Origin: an uncultured candidate division Zixibacteria bacterium
GTDB taxonomy: Bacteria; Zixibacteria; MSB-5A5; GN15; FEB-12
DNA length: 64,000 bases
Direction: 5' to 3'
NCBI GenBank assembly: GCA_963664195.1
Contig: OY760907.1
Span: forward strand, 2,432,001-2,496,000
Below, in pieces: positions 61,137 through 64,000 of this stretch. The notes below the pieces were generated by a model, which worked only from the letters and a program-made list of their open reading frames with translations, searched no databases and had not been told where the DNA came from. A program made the translations under genes and the position numbers. Each line of letters opens with the position of its first letter. The stretch's first letter is position 1.

Positions 61137-61171
61137 GAAAAATCGAGCCTTGCTTGTCGGCAAGGCTCGAT
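61137..61171 (-). terminator. intrinsic terminator of the DUF5916 genes
   Basis: ATCGAGCCTTGC-6 nt-GCAAGGCTCGAT with a T-tract on the minus strand. Confidence 0.7.
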
Positions 61172-61293
61172 CGGAAGGAGGAAAACGTGTGGAGACAGGA
61201 CGGCAGGGATAGGAGGGGACTGCCGTCTGTCGCACCTATTCGGTGCAAGAATACTGCCTCCACATCAGTCTCACCATAGGTCCTCCAGCTTTC

Positions 61294-63627
61294 CTAAATC
61301 TGGAACAGGTACTGCAGTTTCATGAAGAACTGACGTGAACCCAGGCGGCGCGAATCGCTGAAGCGGAAGCCATCTGGATCATACGCCGCGTAGTTCTCGT
61401 CGAAGAAACCGGAGGGTTTCTGGTAGTTATAGGTTGATCCGACGTAAAAGATCGAAAACGCGTTGAGCTTGTATGTGACAAGCGGGTCAATGGACCAGGA
61501 TTCAGCACCGTCATTGTATTCCGCCACCAGCCTGAGAGACAGGTTTCGCGTGGCCTGGAAGTTGAGACGGTTTCTGTATATATACGTTTCCCACAATTCA
61601 AAGCCGCTATCAAGATGATTCGATTTTGAGTAGTTGAGATTTTGCTCAATGAGTACGCGGTCAATCGGCTTGATATCAAGAGATAGGCCGATGTCCCTCA
61701 TTTTTCCCATGGTGACGTACTCGGCGGCGATCCAGTTGCCGAAATTCACTTCGGCTTGTACAGCTACGGCACTGTTCAGTCGCGCAAAGACCGATTGATA
61801 GACGCTCCAAACGTCTTCGAAGTCTATCCCCCGGAAATTCCTGGACCTGCGTGCGTACTGGGTGAACGTGGATAGTTGTCCTACCTTCAGGCTAGTGTTG
61901 AGGTTAAGCTGGACGTATCTGTTCTTCTCCATACCGGTGAAGCTCCAGACGCCTCCGATGTCTGCCCCGGCAGCGATAGACTCAAACAGGTTGCTTTCGG
62001 GATAGAACCTTCGCGTGGCCGAAATTGTGAGGTCTCTTCGATTGTTCTTCGGGTCGTAGCCGTTATCGGCACGGTAGGTCGGACTGACCTGCCAGTAATT
62101 GACGACTCCTGACCAGTTTCGTGTGTTGTAGCCGAGAACGGCGACGCCGCCGGTACCCCAGTAAGACTCACCGTCGAAACCCATGGTGTGTTCGTCGTTG
62201 TGACCGAAACGTTCGCCGTTCAGACCGTAAGTTGTGGAATCGTCCGGTTCGTCGGTGTGACTCAAAACCGCCTGATAGGCCAGACTAAGACTGCGGGTGA
62301 ACTGGAGTCGACCATCGGTTGCCAGCACCGATCCTGAACCGTCCCCCTCAAGCCGTCTGTCAGTGGCAATCACCCCGACCTGCGAGCCACGACCGATGGA
62401 TTGCCTCACGCGGAATACATTCGTTGTGCTCTTCTCTCCGAGCCACTGCACGCTGAACTCCTCCGAGGGAATCATGATTGGCGTGTTCTCATCCCTGGCC
62501 ACCAGATAGCCGATGCTGGTTTTCCCCTTGCGGATGGTCATCTTGCCAGCGAATTCCGGGTTGTTGATTGTCCGCGTATAGAACGAGTTGAAGAGTGTGC
62601 GGAAGAGATCGGCTCCCTCCTGGAAGAACGGCCGTCGCTCCGGATAGAACAAAGCGAACTGGGAATTGACATCAATCTGTCCGGCGTCTGCCTCAACTTG
62701 ACTGAAGTCCGGATTGTACGTGCCCTCAAAAGTAATGTCCGAAGTCAGTGAGTACTTGCCCCCCAGAGACAACTCGCCTTTACCGTCGTCGTTGTCAAAA
62801 CTGAACGGGTATTTTGATAAACCACCAACGCTGTCAGACTTCACCAATCCTCCGCTCTGAAAACCCACTACCGTCGGCATGATTTCGATGCCTCTGCCCG
62901 GATGTACACCCTCAATACCGGTCACCGTGCCCCAGCGGCACGGCCAGCACGCTTCGTTACGATCGTAGGCTGCCCAGGAGTATGATCTCTGAGCCTCGCG
63001 TGGGTGATTGCGGTAGAAATCTACGCGCCACTCCTGTTGTGCCTGATTTGGGAACCGGAGCGCCGAAAACGGGATCGCCATCTCGACCTGGTAGCCGGAG
63101 TCGGTGATTGCTGCCGCCGACTCCCAGATCAAGTCGAATCCGCCGTCTTCACCCGTGTTCGGACTCCACATTGCGTCGGCTTGGATGCCGTACGGATTGA
63201 CATTAAACGAGTAGGCCCAGGCCGCGTCGCCGTATGTATCCAGGAGCAGCACTACGTTGTCGTCATTAAATATCCGCTCGCGCTCTGTCATTGAGGCGCG
63301 AATGGTCGCCGGGTCGTCGTAGCAAACGAACGATACGTACAGGTTATTGTCATCGTAGGTCATGCGGGCAAACGTCTGCACCGGCGGCTCGACCTGATCG
63401 CCCGGATTGTGCTCGGCGAAATTGTCCGCGCGGGGGAGACCGCGCCAGCCCGGATCACCGAGTTGACCGTCGATATGAATCTTGCCTGCCGTCTTGGTGA
63501 TCTTCATCTCCGGATGATAAACCGGCGTAAAAGCAGCAACCGTCGTCGCAAACGCCAGAATCAGGCAAGCAAGTATCAGCGTTTTCAGTGCCCGCGAGAC
63601 AGGCAGCTTGTTATCTCTTGTTGTCAT
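61294..63627 (-). CDS. CBM9-like plus DUF5916 outer-membrane protein
   Basis: IDGQL..W; EMAIPFSALRF; NPDFSQVEAD; ERRPFFQEG; FFMKLQYLF terminus. Confidence 0.9.
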   Translation of the reverse strand: MTTRDNKLPVSRALKTLILACLILAFATTVAAFTPVYHPEMKITKTAGKIHIDGQLGDPGWRGLPRADNFAEHNPGDQVEPPVQTFARMTYDDNNLYVSFVCYDDPATIRASMTERERIFNDDNVVLLLDTYGDAAWAYSFNVNPYGIQADAMWSPNTGEDGGFDLIWESAAAITDSGYQVEMAIPFSALRFPNQAQQEWRVDFYRNHPREAQRSYSWAAYDRNEACWPCRWGTVTGIEGVHPGRGIEIMPTVVGFQSGGLVKSDSVGGLSKYPFSFDNDDGKGELSLGGKYSLTSDITFEGTYNPDFSQVEADAGQIDVNSQFALFYPERRPFFQEGADLFRTLFNSFYTRTINNPEFAGKMTIRKGKTSIGYLVARDENTPIMIPSEEFSVQWLGEKSTTNVFRVRQSIGRGSQVGVIATDRRLEGDGSGSVLATDGRLQFTRSLSLAYQAVLSHTDEPDDSTTYGLNGERFGHNDEHTMGFDGESYWGTGGVAVLGYNTRNWSGVVNYWQVSPTYRADNGYDPKNNRRDLTISATRRFYPESNLFESIAAGADIGGVWSFTGMEKNRYVQLNLNTSLKVGQLSTFTQYARRSRNFRGIDFEDVWSVYQSVFARLNSAVAVQAEVNFGNWIAAEYVTMGKMRDIGLSLDIKPIDRVLIEQNLNYSKSNHLDSGFELWETYIYRNRLNFQATRNLSLRLVAEYNDGAESWSIDPLVTYKLNAFSIFYVGSTYNYQKPSGFFDENYAAYDPDGFRFSDSRRLGSRQFFMKLQYLFQI

Positions 63628-63676
63628 AGCATACTTTCCTTTCAGCATATCTGAAATCCCCTTCCAAAATTCTCTT

Positions 63677-64000
63677 CTATAGATTTAGCCAATAGCTTGT
63701 TTTAATGAGGAACGTGTTGTAACCGCCGCCGGAGAACAGTCGGTCGAAATCTCGCGACAGGTCGAGATCGCCGACACTGTCGTCGAACTCCGGTCGCGAA
63801 CGAGTCCACACGAGGTACAGCGTGCTCCCCGGATCGTATTCCCAGCGTATCAGCAGCGTGGAGTTCAGCGAGGAATAGTTGTAGTCGTAGCTATCCCGGC
63901 TGGAAACCGGATACACGTAGCTGTTCTCTCCCTGATAGTGACGATGGTTGCTGTAATTCAGCCCCGATATGAGTCCTTCGGCCGATAGCTGAATCGACAG
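63677..64000 (-). CDS. DUF5916-type outer-membrane protein, C-terminal part (runs off window)
   Basis: Frame is open to 64000; LIRWEYDPGSTLYLVWT...FLIKTSYWL. Confidence 0.85.
   Translation of the reverse strand: MSIQLSAEGLISGLNYSNHRHYQGENSYVYPVSSRDSYDYNYSSLNSTLLIRWEYDPGSTLYLVWTRSRPEFDDSVGDLDLSRDFDRLFSGGGYNTFLIKTSYWLNL

Overview
Gene-dense bacterial chromosomal window. The paired dockerin-like C-termini on two secreted proteases suggest an FCB-group organism, probably candidate phylum Zixibacteria (inference from protein style only). From left to right it contains: a lipoprotein and a secreted zinc metalloprotease split by a 16-G tract; an HD/MFS/PHP/Janus-Ocnus-like operon; a complete nuoA-N complex I operon; purF; two atypical histidine-kinase-type proteins; a ClC channel; an RsbV/RsbW/PP2C partner switch followed by Nudix, NtrY/NtrX-like, outer-membrane barrel and DUF4390 genes; a DTxPx-repeat lipoprotein; a 2-oxoacid:ferredoxin oxidoreductase operon joined to a HydABC/Bfu-like module; a citryl-CoA lyase-like gene; and M24, OmpA, gingipain C25 and DUF5916 genes. 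The strongest lead is a glutaredoxin-like putative selenoprotein (CPYC...GGG-UGA-GI-stop) inserted between nuoM and nuoN, whose SECIS-like hairpin can sequester the nuoN ribosome-binding region. Other leads are a bacterial PHPT1-like phosphohistidine phosphatase candidate, a mucin-like lipoprotein built from D-T-(I/L/V) O-glycosylation-type motifs, and a Bfu-like module with no catalytic subunit of its own. GTAG-type REP-like repeats occur at three loci. No rRNA, tRNA, CRISPR array or transposase was recognised. All family calls come from motif recognition by eye, not from database searches.
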